From the NCBI GenBank assembly GCA_965227295.1, contig OZ245742.1, forward strand, positions 4,672,001 to 4,736,000: a stretch of 64,000 nt of DNA. Reading direction: 5' to 3'. Of this stretch, positions 61,422 through 64,000 are shown piece by piece. Below the pieces are notes generated by a model, which was not told the DNA's origin, searched no databases, and saw nothing but the letters and a program-made list of their open reading frames with translations. Every line of letters starts with the position of its first letter. The first letter of the stretch is position 1. Source of the stretch: Leptonemataceae bacterium. Lineage in GTDB: Bacteria; Spirochaetota; Leptospiria; Leptospirales; Leptonemataceae. The position numbers were made by a program, and so were the translations under genes.

Positions 61422-63755
61422 TTATTTACTATTCGAATTGTTCAGTGGATCGAAGTACTTAATGAGAACGACCTGATTTCCACGATCATTGTAGCGCATG
61501 ACGTCGAATGCCGTTTCCGTCATGAGAATGCCGCGGCCGTGGGTGGCCAGCTCCTCGTCGAGTTCTTCCTGACTCCGCGAGCGCATTTTGTGGTGATCGA
61601 AGCCGTCACCTTCGTCACGGATCAGGAACAGGGCCCGGCGTGCCGAGAGGCTGTAGTAGACCTGAACCGTGCGCTGGCGGTAGCGCGGATCCAACTGGCG
61701 CTGGGCGATGAAGTCTTTGTAGTTGCCTTTCAAGATCTCCCGGGTCTTGTCCTCGTAAGAGATGTTCAGGTTGCCGTGTTCGATGGCGTTGACGAGCATC
61801 TCCCGCAGACCGAAGCGGATCCCGGTGAGAACCTGGGAATCCAGGTACTTCGAAACGTTGCGCACCAAACGCTGGGACAATTCCTCGGCGGTGATCAGCG
61901 AGTTGCCGATGACGTAGCGCTGTCGTTCCCCGAGGAAGTAGCGGAGCAGATTGTCCTCCAGCACGCTGGAGGCCTTGCCCATAATCTCCACCTCGCCGTG
62001 GAGATTGATGTACTCCAGGCGCACGTGCATCTCCTTGGGTTCGGCGAGAAAGCTGGAACGGAACTGTACTTTCTGGAAGATCGGTTTGCGCGTGGAGGCG
62101 AACTCATCGAGGCGGGCCTGGAGTAGCCGCCGACTGTTTACGTCGGAACCTTCCTCGGGACCGATATAAATCAAATCCAGAATGGACATGCCGCGCAATC
62201 GCTCCGGACTCACACCCAGGATGCGATGCATGTTGCGATTGGATCGCGTAAAGCAGAACGAACTATCCAGGGTAAAGATGATGTCGCTGGATTCTTCGAT
62301 CAATGCGCGGTAACGTTCTTCGGAGTCCCGGATTTCCCGGTTCGCCTGGTTCAACTCGTCCACCCGGCGGCGCAACTCTTCGTTCAACGATTCCACCTGA
62401 TAGATGGCCGAGATGTACCGATTCGAAAGCACCGCGGCGATGCCGGTGACGAAGACCAGGAAGCCGAAGCGGGTCAGTCCGTCGTTGCGATACAAATACG
62501 CGGCGTCGATGACGTCGTAGATTACGGTTCCGGTGATGATGGCATAACCCACGAGGATGTTACCGGGCACACTGCGCAGGAGTACGTAGATCAAAGAGGG
62601 CCGGCCGCCGTCCCGGGACGCATGGCGTTGTTCCAGATACACCGCGCGAACGATGAAATAAATAAAGGCGACCAGGAACACCATAACCGTAGCCTGCCAC
62701 AAACTCAGAACGTCCTGCACGAACGGGATGGGCATGAGCGCCGCGGCCAGGACCAACACAATATGATAACCGGCGTTGATGCGATGAAAGCGGCCCGCGC
62801 GCCCCATGAGAATCGTTTCCAGGAACGCGTGGAAGAACGGCACGGTGAGAAAGAGCGCTCCCAGTTCCAGGCGATAGAGCACGTTCGCATGTTGCGTGAT
62901 GATGTCCCAGGCCATGCGATCCCGGGTAAAAAAGAACAGGAAGAGCGTGATTGCGAACAGGCCGAAGTGCAGACTGCTGCGTTCTTCACGGCGCATAAAG
63001 AAAAACAAAAGATGAAAGGCGCCCGTGAAAAGATAGAGAGAGATCAGCGCGATGTTAAACCGCCCCGCCACGGAAAGTTCCCGTTGCACGGAGGACGGTT
63101 GCACGGCCTGGGGAATGCCGATGGGCAGACCCGTCTGAATGGAAGCGGGATCCCCGGCTATGTGAAAGAACAGCACGTTGTTCTTCGCACGCAGAATGTT
63201 ATGTTCGATCAACGTGGTATATCCGCGGGCGTAGATCGGCAGTACGACGCGACCGCGATCGTCCCGGTGCATCTCCGCATCCACCAGCCGGCCGTTCACG
63301 AAGATTTCCCAGTTACGCCCGATGCTGCCCAGGTGCAGAACGTAGGCCGCCTCCTCCCGAAAGCCCGGGCCCATATCAAAGAACGTGACGAAGCTGAAGT
63401 CCTGCGCCGGAGGCGCGGGCATGGGTGACAGGAATGTGCGCCGGGATTCCGGAACGAGATCCAGGTTTACCACGCGCACGGTACGATTCCCGGTGGTACT
63501 GCCCGGAACCTTCTGCCATCCCGCAGGATCAAACGACTCACGGCCGCCGTCGGCAATCGCCCGCGCCGCGGCAGCATCGTAACCAGGACGCACGTAAAAG
63601 GGCAACGGCGTAAGATCCACCGCCCCGGAAGATTTTTCGGACACGACCGAAGAAGACACGGCGGAACCGCAACCGGCGAGACACGCGCAGAGAGCGGCGA
63701 TTGCGAGAACCGAACGCAACAACCGTCCGAGATTTCTAATTGTATGCGAGATCAT
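61422..63755 (-). CDS. 7TM-DISM-like sensor - PAS - RsbW-type HATPase protein
   Basis: Extracellular beta domain, ~7 TM, PAS, EMLVNAIEHGN, DEGDGF, GRGI. Start set at ATG 63755. Confidence 0.78.
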   Translation of the reverse strand: MISHTIRNLGRLLRSVLAIAALCACLAGCGSAVSSSVVSEKSSGAVDLTPLPFYVRPGYDAAAARAIADGGRESFDPAGWQKVPGSTTGNRTVRVVNLDLVPESRRTFLSPMPAPPAQDFSFVTFFDMGPGFREEAAYVLHLGSIGRNWEIFVNGRLVDAEMHRDDRGRVVLPIYARGYTTLIEHNILRAKNNVLFFHIAGDPASIQTGLPIGIPQAVQPSSVQRELSVAGRFNIALISLYLFTGAFHLLFFFMRREERSSLHFGLFAITLFLFFFTRDRMAWDIITQHANVLYRLELGALFLTVPFFHAFLETILMGRAGRFHRINAGYHIVLVLAAALMPIPFVQDVLSLWQATVMVFLVAFIYFIVRAVYLEQRHASRDGGRPSLIYVLLRSVPGNILVGYAIITGTVIYDVIDAAYLYRNDGLTRFGFLVFVTGIAAVLSNRYISAIYQVESLNEELRRRVDELNQANREIRDSEERYRALIEESSDIIFTLDSSFCFTRSNRNMHRILGVSPERLRGMSILDLIYIGPEEGSDVNSRRLLQARLDEFASTRKPIFQKVQFRSSFLAEPKEMHVRLEYINLHGEVEIMGKASSVLEDNLLRYFLGERQRYVIGNSLITAEELSQRLVRNVSKYLDSQVLTGIRFGLREMLVNAIEHGNLNISYEDKTREILKGNYKDFIAQRQLDPRYRQRTVQVYYSLSARRALFLIRDEGDGFDHHKMRSRSQEELDEELATHGRGILMTETAFDVMRYNDRGNQVVLIKYFDPLNNSNSK

Positions 63756-63756
63756 G

Positions 63757-63999
63757 TTAGCCGGCGGCCGTCGTAAGAAGTACCGTCGCGAGACAGCCCA
63801 AACCTTCGGCACGGCCCAGGGCACCCATCTTTTCAGTAGTGGTCGCTTTCAGGCCCACACGGTCCAGGTCGACGCCGCAAATTTTTGCCAGACTTTCACG
63901 GATGGCCGGTTTGTACGGGGACAGCCGGGGCTTCTGGCCAATGACGGTTACGTCCAAATTGGCGAAGCGATAGCCGGCCGCCTTCATTTTTTCCAGGGC
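63757..63999 (-). CDS. ispF: 2-C-methyl-D-erythritol 2,4-cyclodiphosphate synthase, C-terminal part (5' end outside the window)
   Basis: NLDVTVI.QKP, KATTTEKMG..GRAEG. Confidence 0.9.
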   Translation of the reverse strand, partial: ALEKMKAAGYRFANLDVTVIGQKPRLSPYKPAIRESLAKICGVDLDRVGLKATTTEKMGALGRAEGLGCLATVLLTTAAG

Positions 64000-64000
64000 C

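Overview
GC-rich core-genome window. Gene content and order look like a Leptospiraceae-type spirochete (inference from the GyrB/LpxB/DksA sequences and gene neighbourhoods, not from a database search). It carries the rimP-nusA-infB-rbfA-truB-rpsO-pnp operon, nnr, lpxI-lpxB, a TolC, TetR-alkB, mutM, icmF, an alginate-export-type porin, a 1788-aa kinase/AAA/GAF/SpoIIE protein, acpP-rnc-aroB, an adenylate cyclase-FecR-FN3 module, rpmF-plsX, pheS/pheT, dksA, gyrB, two sensory proteins and the 3' end of ispF. I found no transposase, integrase, cas gene, tRNA or rRNA. The main unexplained feature is a non-coding, self-complementary ~330-bp repeat. It forms a head-to-tail array of three copies at 29525-30533 and recurs at 23445-24035, starting in a different phase, with one internal deletion and one nested hairpin insertion. 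Both loci fill the gap between convergent genes. Other items worth checking are histone-H1-like lysine tails on both LpxI and LpxB, a possible pseudo-phosphatase domain on the adenylate cyclase, a split rpmF-plsX/acpP-rnc cluster, and a candidate sigma-28 promoter ahead of an unknown small gene.
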